A stretch of DNA of 64,000 bases from a bacterium (GTDB lineage: Bacteria > UBA8248), in assembly GCA_963692865.2 (NCBI GenBank), contig OY843592.1:864001-928000 (forward strand). The letters are read 5' to 3'. A program made the position numbers and the translations under genes. The notes beneath the pieces were generated by a model. That model did no database searches. It worked only from the letters and a program-made list of their open reading frames with translations, and was not told the DNA's origin. This document shows, one piece after another, positions 18,263 to 26,955 of the stretch (position 1 is the stretch's first letter; each line of letters starts with the position of its first letter).

Positions 18263-18868
18263 ATGTCTTCACTTCAAGCGCAGCTTTTCGTGGAAACCGC
18301 TTCCGTCACGCTGAGTCGCCTGACGAAAGACCTGCAAACCAGGTTCGAGCCCAAGAAGGGGGATCGGTTCAACGTCGAGGGCATCACTTACGAGATCGGC
18401 CCGCCGAAATTCGTGGACGCCGACAGGGCGATTCGCTTCGAGATCAGCTCGAAGATACCGGGTGAGGAACTGCCTACGTCCTATGACCACACCAAGTACT
18501 TCAAGCAAATCGAAAAGCGCAACGACTCGGCGAAAAAGCCCGTTTCCGCCGACATGGAGAACATCGTCCGCGAGACGCGCGACCAGGAGAGAAAAGAAAG
18601 AGACTACGTGAAGCTCACCTATCAGTACGGGGAGAACGAGCTCTATGACGACCGGGACATCCTCAAGGACATCGAGGAGTTGTCGAAAGGAGCGAGCGAG
18701 AAGAAAATGCCGGCCAAGATTCCGGGCGTCACCACCCTGGCGGGCCGCCTGATTCTCGAACGGGTGCAGTCTTCCCTGTATGAGGTGGCGAAAGGGAACG
18801 TCGAGTCGCTCATCGACGCGAACGCGAAAGTGCGCGCGGAACTGAAAAAAAGCGCAAAGAAGAAGTAG
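18263..18868 (+). CDS. Hypothetical protein
   Basis: 201-aa ORF with host-like codon usage, first gene of the nagA operon; family not recognised. Confidence 0.7.
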   Translation: MSSLQAQLFVETASVTLSRLTKDLQTRFEPKKGDRFNVEGITYEIGPPKFVDADRAIRFEISSKIPGEELPTSYDHTKYFKQIEKRNDSAKKPVSADMENIVRETRDQERKERDYVKLTYQYGENELYDDRDILKDIEELSKGASEKKMPAKIPGVTTLAGRLILERVQSSLYEVAKGNVESLIDANAKVRAELKKSAKKK

Positions 18869-18877
18869 GCCCGCGCC

Positions 18878-20095
18878 ATGGCCCTGCGCCTCGCGGGTGC
18901 GACGGCGTATACGCCGCTCGAGAGAATAACGGACGCCCTCCTCGTCATCGAGGAGGGCGTTTTTTCGTACGTGGGGCCGCGCGGCGCGCGTCCGCAGGCT
19001 CCCGGAGACGAGACGCTCGACCTGGGAGACGCGCTTGCGTGCCCCGGCTTCGTGGATATTCAGGTGAACGGCCTGGGGGCGGATGCGCTGCTCACGACGG
19101 ACGCAGCTGGCGTGCGGCGAATCGCCCGGGAACTGGCGAGGCGCGGAACGAGCGCTTTTTTGCCCACCCTCACCACGGCCGCGCGAGGCGATTTGATGCG
19201 CGCGGCCCGCGCGGTGAGCGAGGCGTGGGCGCTTCAGGAAAAAGAAGGCGGCGCGGAAGCGCGCATCTTGGGCGTTCATCTGGAGGGCCCCTATCTGGAG
19301 CCGGAGATGAGGGGAGCGCATCCGCAAGAGCACGTCCGCGCGCCCTCGAAAGAAGAGGTCGAGGCGATCGCGCGCGCCGCCGGGGGGTTGGGCGTGGGCG
19401 GCGCGCCGGGACTGGCGATGGTGACGCTCTCGCCGGGCGTGCCGGGCGCCGCGGACCTGGCCCGTTGGCTGGCGGAGAGGGGCGTCGTTCCCGCGATGGG
19501 GCACACCCGGGCTTCGGCCGACTGCGTGGAGGCGTTTCTGGAGGCGGGCGGCGCGTTCGCGGTTCATGCGTTCAATCGCTACGGGCATCCGGAGAGCCCG
19601 GCGCACAGGAGCGCCTCGCCCATGGACTTCGTGAAAAACGACGCGAGGCTTTCCGCCGGGCTGATAGCGGACGGCGCGCACGTGGCGCAACACCCGCTCG
19701 CATCGTTCGTAAGCGCCAGGGGCTGGGAGCGCACGGTCCTCACCTCGGACCTGGTGGCCGACGGAGGCTTGAGATCCCGGATCGGCGAGGATGAAACGAG
19801 CAACGATACGCCGGGCGGCGCGGTGATGCGTGAGGGCGTATTGACCGGCAGCCGTCTCGCGCTCTCGGAGATGCTTCCCAGGCTTCGGGAGTGGTGCGGG
19901 CTCGATACCGCCCGCGCCCTGGCGACGGCCACGCGAAACCCCGCGCGCGTCCTTGGCCTGGAATCCGCCCGGGGCCGTCTCGCCCCGGGTCTGCGCGCGG
20001 ATTTTTGCGTTCTCGATTCCGATTCCCTGGAGCTGATCGCCGTCATGGCGGGCGGAAAGTGGGCGTCGGGCGCGCCGCCGATTGCAGGCGGATGA
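18878..20095 (+). CDS. nagA: N-acetylglucosamine-6-phosphate deacetylase-like amidohydrolase
   Basis: PGFVDIQVNG, GVHLEGPY, GAH, GHT, HAFN, IADG.HV and ATRNPA motifs. Confidence 0.8.
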   Translation: MALRLAGATAYTPLERITDALLVIEEGVFSYVGPRGARPQAPGDETLDLGDALACPGFVDIQVNGLGADALLTTDAAGVRRIARELARRGTSAFLPTLTTAARGDLMRAARAVSEAWALQEKEGGAEARILGVHLEGPYLEPEMRGAHPQEHVRAPSKEEVEAIARAAGGLGVGGAPGLAMVTLSPGVPGAADLARWLAERGVVPAMGHTRASADCVEAFLEAGGAFAVHAFNRYGHPESPAHRSASPMDFVKNDARLSAGLIADGAHVAQHPLASFVSARGWERTVLTSDLVADGGLRSRIGEDETSNDTPGGAVMREGVLTGSRLALSEMLPRLREWCGLDTARALATATRNPARVLGLESARGRLAPGLRADFCVLDSDSLELIAVMAGGKWASGAPPIAGG

Positions 20096-20161
20096 AGATT
20101 CGCCCATAATTCTTTTTGCTGCTATTTTCGACGGTCCAGCAGAATCCGCCCCGGGCAGCCC

Positions 20162-21772
20162 ATGATGTATGACGTCATATTTCACCACGCCATGATATTC
20201 GACGGTCTGGGCGAACCCCCGTATGAAGGCGCGCTCGCCGTTCGCGGAGACGCCATCGCGGAGGTCGGCCCCGAGGTGAGCGGCTCCGCTCATCGAGAGA
20301 TCGACGCGCGGGGCTTGGCCCTGAGCCCCGGGTTCGTCGATATCCACGGTCATTCGGACTATTACCTCCTCATCAATCCCGAGGCGCACGCGAAGGTCCG
20401 CCAGGGGGTGACGACCGACGTGGGCGGCAACTGCGGCTACGCCGCCTCTCCGATTCGCGGGGCCGAGGCCGAGGAGCGCAGGAAATGGTATCGGGAGCAA
20501 TTCGACCTCGACCTCCCTTTTCAGAGCGTCGGCGAGCACTTGGGTCACGTGGATAGGGTGGGCGTATCGATCAACTACGCCCATCTGGTGGGGCACAACA
20601 CGATTCGCGCGAGCGTGATGGGCGGCGAGGCGCGCGCGGCCCGCGCGGAGGAACTCGGCGCGATGGAGGAGATGCTCTCCGTCGGGATGGAGGAGGGGGC
20701 GTTCGGTCTGTCCACCGGCCTGGTCTATGCGCCGGCCTGTTTCGCGGATAAAGAAGAACTCGCCGCCCTTTGCCGGGTCTCGGCGCGAGGAGGAGGGTTG
20801 CTGGCCACCCACATGCGCAGCGAGGGAGACGCGCTTCTCGAGGCGATGGACGAGGTGATGGGCGCGGCCGCATCGGCGGGGCTGCCGCTTCAGATCAGCC
20901 ACCTGAAGACGGCGGGCGCGCGCAACTGGGACAAGCTCGATGCGGCCTTCGCCCGCATCGAGCGCGCGCGGAACAGGGGCGAGGACGTGACATGCGACCG
21001 CTATCCCTACACGGCCTCGAACACCCACCTGAGCGCCCTGCTGCCCGATTGGGTCCATGACGGCGCTCTCGACGAGAAGATAGGGCGTCTCGCGGACGCG
21101 GAAACCAGAGCGAGGATAAGGGGCGAAATCATGAGCGCGCACCCCGGGCCCTCCTACTGGGAGAACGTTTTGATCAGCCGGGTGTTCACGGAGGCGAACC
21201 GGGTCTGTGAGGGTCTTACCCTCGCGAGTCTGGGCGAGGTCCGCGGCGCGGCCCCCGTGGACGCGATGCTCGATTTGCTGATCGAGGAGAGGATGAACGT
21301 CGAGATTCTCATTTTCATGATGAGCGCGGAGAACATGCGGCGCATTCTCGGCAAGCCCTACGTCATGGTGGGTTCGGACGCGGGCGCGCTCACGCACGAG
21401 CCGCCCCTGGGCGGGGGCAGGCCGCACCCCAGGAATTTCGGGACTTTCCCCTTCGTCCTGGGCGCGCTGGCGCGGGACGAGGGGCTCTTCCCGATGGCCG
21501 AGGCGGTCCGCAAGATGACTTCCGCCCCCTGCGATCGGTTGGGCATGTCGGATCGGGGGCGTCTCGCGGCCGGAATGAAGGCCGACCTCGTACTGTTCGA
21601 CCCCGGCGAGATACGCGATGAGTGCACTTATGAGCGCCCCATAGCCTACCCGTCGGGCATCGAGATGGTTCTCGTGAACGGAGCGGTCGTCGTGGAAGGT
21701 GGAAGCCATACCGGAGCGCGTCCCGGCCGCGCGTTGCGCAAACACTCGCGGCGGGAGGTGGCGAATGTTTGA
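20162..21772 (+). CDS. N-acyl-D-amino-acid deacylase (D-aminoacylase)
   Basis: PGFVDIHGHSD, QGVTT..GNCG, HMRSE, SHLK, YPYTA and HPR.FGTFP motifs. Confidence 0.9.
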   Translation: MMYDVIFHHAMIFDGLGEPPYEGALAVRGDAIAEVGPEVSGSAHREIDARGLALSPGFVDIHGHSDYYLLINPEAHAKVRQGVTTDVGGNCGYAASPIRGAEAEERRKWYREQFDLDLPFQSVGEHLGHVDRVGVSINYAHLVGHNTIRASVMGGEARAARAEELGAMEEMLSVGMEEGAFGLSTGLVYAPACFADKEELAALCRVSARGGGLLATHMRSEGDALLEAMDEVMGAAASAGLPLQISHLKTAGARNWDKLDAAFARIERARNRGEDVTCDRYPYTASNTHLSALLPDWVHDGALDEKIGRLADAETRARIRGEIMSAHPGPSYWENVLISRVFTEANRVCEGLTLASLGEVRGAAPVDAMLDLLIEERMNVEILIFMMSAENMRRILGKPYVMVGSDAGALTHEPPLGGGRPHPRNFGTFPFVLGALARDEGLFPMAEAVRKMTSAPCDRLGMSDRGRLAAGMKADLVLFDPGEIRDECTYERPIAYPSGIEMVLVNGAVVVEGGSHTGARPGRALRKHSRREVANV

Positions 21773-24191
21773 AATGGCTACCTGGAAGACGGTGTTCGGC
21801 GTGGTGGGAGTGCTCGCCCTTTTGGGCATTCCCGTCGTTATATGGATGCGCCGCCGCGCCTCGAGGCGCGCGAGAGGTTCGGCGCCGGGGTGGGGCGGTA
21901 TTTCGGAAGGCGGGTCCGGGGGCGGCGCGCCCGACGTCTGGGAGGATGTTTCCTCGCGTTTCATTGATGATTTCATTCCCGAGGTCCCCGACGTGGAGGA
22001 GGAGAAAAAGGAAGCGGCGCATGGCGGAGGCGTCCGCGAGACGGCCGTGAATCCTCCAGACTCGCTGGACGGCGCGGAGGAAGGCGTACGGGTAATCGAA
22101 GAGGGGAGTCGCGAGGTTGTTGCCGAAGATGAGGTTTCCCCTGCCGAAGTCGGGGCTCCGCCTGAAGACGACGAGGAGCCTTCGTCCGGCGTGGATGATG
22201 TGCCCACCGCGCAGGCGGGTGATGCGTGGTGGGAGGCATTGCCCGCGCTCGAGGGTGCGGAACGCCGCAGCGCAGCGGATGAGGTGATGGACGCCGCCCC
22301 GAACGAACCCCTCGGGTCGCCCGTGGAAGGCGAGCCTTATCATCATCCAACGGGAGCAGACGCCCGGGCCGCAGCCGGATTCGTTCGTGAAGCGCAGTTC
22401 GCGGATGAAGGCGTCCTCGCCGATGATGACGAGGCTCCGGGAGCCGTCGAAACGAGCGAAGGCGCGGACGCTCCCCTGCGCGTGCGGATTCCCGCCGTCA
22501 GCGAGGCGCGCGACAACGCGGACTCCGGCGGCGATGCGCCTGACAACGAGGAGGAGGGCGAGGTTCTCCATCTCACGTACGAGGGTGAAGACGTGGCCGA
22601 TGCGCCCGCGGAGCCCGCGCGTGAGGACCGGGAAAACGTGGATGATGAAGCCTTGAAAGCCGAGCGGGAATCACCGCCGGAACCACAACTCGAAGCGCGC
22701 GATGACGGGCCTCCGCCGTCTCTGGCCGAGGGGTTGAGCCCCGCGGAAGATGAACCAGGTGAGGTTTCTGTTGATCCACAAGCCCTAGAACCCGATGAGG
22801 CGCCTTCGCTTCCGGAGCCGGAAGAGAAAGCGGCCCGGGCGCTTGTTGCCGAAGAAGATGTTATCTCCCTCATTCAGCGCGAACGCGCGGAGGATGACGC
22901 TTTATCGCAAAGCGCCGCCGGGCATGAGAAGGCCGAGGCGGAAGAAGACGCCGAGGCGCTTGGTTTCCCGCTGGAAGATGATGAGGAACTCGTTCCCGGC
23001 GCCGCGCCGCCGCCGGCCGCCGCGCACGAGGCTCCGGCGAACACGCCCTCCGAGTTGATACGTGAACTCGTGGCGGATGTTTGTCCGGGGGATTTGCTCG
23101 TGGCGGAAGACATGGAGCACAAACTTCCCGCCTGGACCCCCGGCGTGGTGAACGCCGCCGGCATCGATCTCGGCCAGCGCGAGAGAGCCCGGCAGACGCC
23201 CGCTTCCGAGGAGTATCTGCGTCTGGCCATTCTCGAGATGATTCTGGGGCGCGACGAAGATGCGACGGGTCACCTCAAGGAATCGCTGCGGCGCGCGAGT
23301 CGGCTCGCGCCCGTTCTCAACGCGCTGGCCGTGGCTTCCTATCTGCGGGAAAAGGTGGAGCCCGCGATTTCCTATTCCCGCGAGGCATTCCGCGAAGCGG
23401 GCCGGGACGTTTCGATACAGGCGGTGGTCTCCAGGAATCTGGGGTATTTCTACCAGCGCAAGGGCGATGACGAGAAGGCGGCGGAATCCTACGAGAAGGC
23501 GATCGGGTATATCGGCCCGGAGGGAGAACTCAGACAACTCTCCACCTTGCGCATGCGGGTCGGTCGATTGTTCCGCCGTCTGGGGGACAAGGAAAAAGCC
23601 GGGGAGCACCTCTCCGAGGCGGCGCACCTGTTCCACAGATCGGGAGACAAACGCAACGAGGCGCGGGCGCACACCGCGCTGGCCTCCGTCCTGAACGAGG
23701 CGAGCGAATACGAAGCGGCGCAGGCGAGTCTGGACGAGGCGCTGAACCTCTGCCAGAAAATCGGTGACAAGGCGGGTGAAGCGCTCGTGTACTCTCACAT
23801 GGGGGTGAGCTTTGCGGCGCAGGAGCAGTTTACGCGCGCGCTTCGGTATTACGAGAACGCCTTGCGCCTGAATCGCGGACTCGAAAACAGGAAAGGCGAG
23901 GCGGCGAACCTGAACGGCATGGGGAACATTCATTACGCGCGGGGCGATTTGCTCGAAGCGCGCGAAGCGTACGAAGCGGCCCTGGAGGTCAGCCGCGAAC
24001 AGGGGAATATTCTCACTCAGGGCGTCATATCAGGGAGTCTGGGCCGGGTGTATTTCGAGGGAAGCGAATGGGAGGCCTCGCGCGCGCGCTTGAGCGAGGC
24101 GCGGCGCATTTTTCAGGACCTCGGCGCGGAGGAAGCCCTCGACAGCGTCATGGAGACGCTCCGGGCGCTGGAAAAGCGCGGCGGAGAGTGA
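21765..24191 (+). CDS. Membrane-anchored protein with long acidic linker and C-terminal TPR array
   Basis: N-terminal TM followed by RRR; ~400 aa E/D/A/P-rich segment; repeated A..L...G..Y...G....A...Y..AL units; GGAGGT RBS. Confidence 0.8.
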   Translation: MFEMATWKTVFGVVGVLALLGIPVVIWMRRRASRRARGSAPGWGGISEGGSGGGAPDVWEDVSSRFIDDFIPEVPDVEEEKKEAAHGGGVRETAVNPPDSLDGAEEGVRVIEEGSREVVAEDEVSPAEVGAPPEDDEEPSSGVDDVPTAQAGDAWWEALPALEGAERRSAADEVMDAAPNEPLGSPVEGEPYHHPTGADARAAAGFVREAQFADEGVLADDDEAPGAVETSEGADAPLRVRIPAVSEARDNADSGGDAPDNEEEGEVLHLTYEGEDVADAPAEPAREDRENVDDEALKAERESPPEPQLEARDDGPPPSLAEGLSPAEDEPGEVSVDPQALEPDEAPSLPEPEEKAARALVAEEDVISLIQRERAEDDALSQSAAGHEKAEAEEDAEALGFPLEDDEELVPGAAPPPAAAHEAPANTPSELIRELVADVCPGDLLVAEDMEHKLPAWTPGVVNAAGIDLGQRERARQTPASEEYLRLAILEMILGRDEDATGHLKESLRRASRLAPVLNALAVASYLREKVEPAISYSREAFREAGRDVSIQAVVSRNLGYFYQRKGDDEKAAESYEKAIGYIGPEGELRQLSTLRMRVGRLFRRLGDKEKAGEHLSEAAHLFHRSGDKRNEARAHTALASVLNEASEYEAAQASLDEALNLCQKIGDKAGEALVYSHMGVSFAAQEQFTRALRYYENALRLNRGLENRKGEAANLNGMGNIHYARGDLLEAREAYEAALEVSREQGNILTQGVISGSLGRVYFEGSEWEASRARLSEARRIFQDLGAEEALDSVMETLRALEKRGGE

Positions 24192-24200
24192 TGAAGGCGG

Positions 24201-25388
24201 TTACGGCGAGTCTTCGCCCAGCGCGAATTTCTCGATCAGCCTGCCGTATACGCGGGCGGCTTTTTTCAGCGAATCCACCTCGATGAATTCATCGGGCGTG
24301 TGGGCCTGTTCGATGTTTCCGGGCCCCAGGAGAAAGCAGCTTCGGCTTCCGGTCTGGGCCGCGGCCATGCCCGCGTCCGAATAATAGCTCACCCCCGCGG
24401 GCTCGGGTGCGGCGCCCAGGATCTCCTCCAGCGTCTCCATGATGAGCCTCGCCCCCGCGCCGCCGGTGTCCGCCGTCACGGGCGGGCGGTCCGCAATGGT
24501 GGCGCGCAGCGAGAATTCCACACCGCTCACCAGGGCGCAGGCCTCAGCGGCTTTTTCGTGAATGATTCCCTGGATGTCGGCCGTCCGCAGGGGCGGGACG
24601 AAGCGCGAATCTATCTGCATCGCGCATCTTTCGGATACCACGTTGGTCTTGTGGCCTCCTTCGATCATGGTCGTGACCATGGTGCATCGCCCCAGCAGGG
24701 GGTCTTCGTAGGGGAGTTGCGCCACCGCTTCCTGGAGCGCCGCCACGGTGAGGGACGCGGCGTGGATGGCGTCCGCGCCCATGTGGGGCGCCGCGGCGTG
24801 CGCGCTCTTTCCCCGGAAGACGAGTTCGAACCACATCGCGCCTTTTTGCGCCGTCACCAGGGCGAGGTCGGTCGGCTCGCAGGAGATCACGACGTCATCT
24901 GAGCCGAGGTGTCCGCTCGCGATGGCCGCCTCCGTGCCGGTCATGTGGCCGCTCTCCTCATCCACCACCATGCAGCAGCGAACCGTGCGTTGCGCCTTTG
25001 CGCCGCCGTCGATTCGGCGCTTGAGGTTCTCCATCGCCGCGAGGCCTGCGGCGATGCCTCCCTTCATGTCGCAGCTGCCCCGGCCCCATATCTTTCCAGC
25101 CTCCTCGGCCGCGAGAAACGGCTCGCGCGTCCATCCCTCGCCCGCCGGCACGGTGTCCATGTGATTGAGAAAGACGAGGGCGGGGCCGCTCCCCGAGCCC
25201 GTAATCTCGGCCGTCACGTTCTCGCGCCTCTCGGCGACGCGCTCGCGCGCGGCGTCCAGGCCGATGCCCCGGAAGAACGCCTCCATCCGGTCCGCCATGG
25301 CGGACTCATCGCCCGTGGGGTTCTCGCTGGGAATCGCAATCAACTCCTTGGTGAGCGAGACGGTTTGCGTCTCGATGGCCGCATCCAC
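24201..25388 (-). CDS. M20 family metallopeptidase (ArgE/DapE-like)
   Basis: HMDTVP, GRGSCDMKGG, DEE, CEPT, GKSAHA and AHTPDE motifs; GTG start 25388. Confidence 0.9.
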   Translation of the reverse strand: MDAAIETQTVSLTKELIAIPSENPTGDESAMADRMEAFFRGIGLDAARERVAERRENVTAEITGSGSGPALVFLNHMDTVPAGEGWTREPFLAAEEAGKIWGRGSCDMKGGIAAGLAAMENLKRRIDGGAKAQRTVRCCMVVDEESGHMTGTEAAIASGHLGSDDVVISCEPTDLALVTAQKGAMWFELVFRGKSAHAAAPHMGADAIHAASLTVAALQEAVAQLPYEDPLLGRCTMVTTMIEGGHKTNVVSERCAMQIDSRFVPPLRTADIQGIIHEKAAEACALVSGVEFSLRATIADRPPVTADTGGAGARLIMETLEEILGAAPEPAGVSYYSDAGMAAAQTGSRSCFLLGPGNIEQAHTPDEFIEVDSLKKAARVYGRLIEKFALGEDSP

Positions 25389-25452
25389 TTGTTCTCTCCC
25401 GTTGGTTGATGGTCGAGAGGGCATGATGCCGCATCTTGAGTCGTTTGTGTAT

Positions 25453-25728
25453 GGGGTTGTTGAAAAAGTCCCTCGACGCGGGAAAACCACCGTCATTCCG
25501 GCGAAAGCCGGAATCCATTTTGGCTTTTCCACCGGGCGGAGCGGCCGCGACTTCGTTGCCGCGCAACGCCTGAATGCGGTATCTGCGCGGGGGGAATGAC
25601 GGTGCATGGTCGATTCCATCGGCTTTCGCCGGAATGACGACGGTGGTCGATTTCGACCGGTGAGGAAGGTCGAATCCGATTGATGAATGAGGGTCCGACC
25701 AAGCGGGGCCGGCTTTTTCAGCAGCCCC
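25453..25728. mobile_element. MITE-like TIR element carrying a CGTC REP doublet
   Basis: GGGGTTGTTGAAAAAGTCC...GGCTTTTTCAGCAGCCCC; GTAT duplicated on both sides. Confidence 0.85.
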
Positions 25729-25740
25729 GTATGAGCCGCC

Positions 25741-26955
25741 TCACGCGGAATGGAGGAAACGCCTCATCAGGGAAGCGAAATTCCGCCCCGGCGTGATGTT
25801 GCCGAGGCATACCGCCTCTTTCGCGCCCGTGACGTCCGGCAGGTTGTTCGCCTGGCCACTCAGCGTGCCCCACGCCAGCAACGCGAAACAGACGGCCTCC
25901 ACCGCATCGGGCGAGACGCCCCGCGCGCCGCTTTCTATGAGCGGGAGACCGCCCAGGGCGTCGCGCAGGCGGCGCATCAAGGTCTTGTTGTGGACGCCGC
26001 CCCCGCCGACCACCACTTCGGCGAGCGGAGGGTCGATTGGAAGGAAATCCCGAATCGCGTCCGCGACGCACGAAGCGGAAAAGGCGGTGAGCGTGGCGAT
26101 GGCGTCTTTCGGGCCGCCCCCGCGCGAAGCCGTGCGTTCAATGGCGTCATCGACGAACGCCTCGCCGAACGTCTCCCTGCCCGTGCTTTTGGGTGGTTTT
26201 CGTTTCAGGTAGGGGCGCCGGCGGAGCTCGGCCAGGGTATCGGGGCATACGCGGCCCGCCGCCGCAAGAGCGCCGTCCGCGTCGTGGGATTTCTCCCCGT
26301 TCGTGATCCGCCGCGCGAGGGCGTCGAGCGGCATGTTCGCGGGTCCGCAATCGAAGCCGAAAACCCCATCCTCACCCGCCGGAGGGAGATAGGTGACGTT
26401 CGAGATGCCGCCCAGGTTCAGGAAGGCGGATGCGGTGTCCTCGCGGCTGAAGAGAATCCGGTGCGCCCAGGGGGTCAGCGGAGCGCCCGCGCCGCCCGCA
26501 GCCACGTCCCGCGAGCGGAAATCGCTCACGCAGGTGATTCCCGTGCGCTCGGTGATGAAGGCGGGGTCGCCAATCTGGAGGGTGGATGGGAGCAGCGGCC
26601 CGCGCTCTCCTTCCGCGCCCTCCGGCAGGTGGCGCACCGTCTGCCCGTGGCTGCCGATAAAGTCGATTTCCCGGGGCCCGGTTCCGGTTTGCGCGGCGGC
26701 TGCGATCGCGGCTTCGGCGAAGGCTTCGCCCACCTCCCGGCGCAGCGAGCATATCTCCTCCGTCCGCGCGCCCTCCTCGCCCCCGGCGAAGAGGAGTCGT
26801 TCTCTTAAGTTCCCCGGGTAGGGAGCGGCGTGAAAGCCCAGCGTTTCGACTTGCGCCCGCTCGCCGGGGAGAATCCGCACCAGGGCGGCGTCCACGCCAT
26901 CGGCGGAGGTTCCCGACATGAGGCCGATGGCCAGGAGGGGGCGCTGGCTGCTCAT
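25741..26955 (-). CDS. anmK: Anhydro-N-acetylmuramic acid kinase
   Basis: IGLMSGTSADGVD, GSHGQTV, DFRSRDVAAGG.GAPL, NLGGISN and PPKSTGRE motifs; ATGA overlap with the slt stop. Confidence 0.95.
   Translation of the reverse strand: MSSQRPLLAIGLMSGTSADGVDAALVRILPGERAQVETLGFHAAPYPGNLRERLLFAGGEEGARTEEICSLRREVGEAFAEAAIAAAAQTGTGPREIDFIGSHGQTVRHLPEGAEGERGPLLPSTLQIGDPAFITERTGITCVSDFRSRDVAAGGAGAPLTPWAHRILFSREDTASAFLNLGGISNVTYLPPAGEDGVFGFDCGPANMPLDALARRITNGEKSHDADGALAAAGRVCPDTLAELRRRPYLKRKPPKSTGRETFGEAFVDDAIERTASRGGGPKDAIATLTAFSASCVADAIRDFLPIDPPLAEVVVGGGGVHNKTLMRRLRDALGGLPLIESGARGVSPDAVEAVCFALLAWGTLSGQANNLPDVTGAKEAVCLGNITPGRNFASLMRRFLHSA

Noticed and set aside
18269-22207. 1312-aa antisense ORF and other long shadow ORFs (1296-3263, 27015-29090, 36071-37774, 52897-55284)
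   Set aside because: They are antisense to well-supported genes, which is expected from stop-codon scarcity at high GC; no motifs
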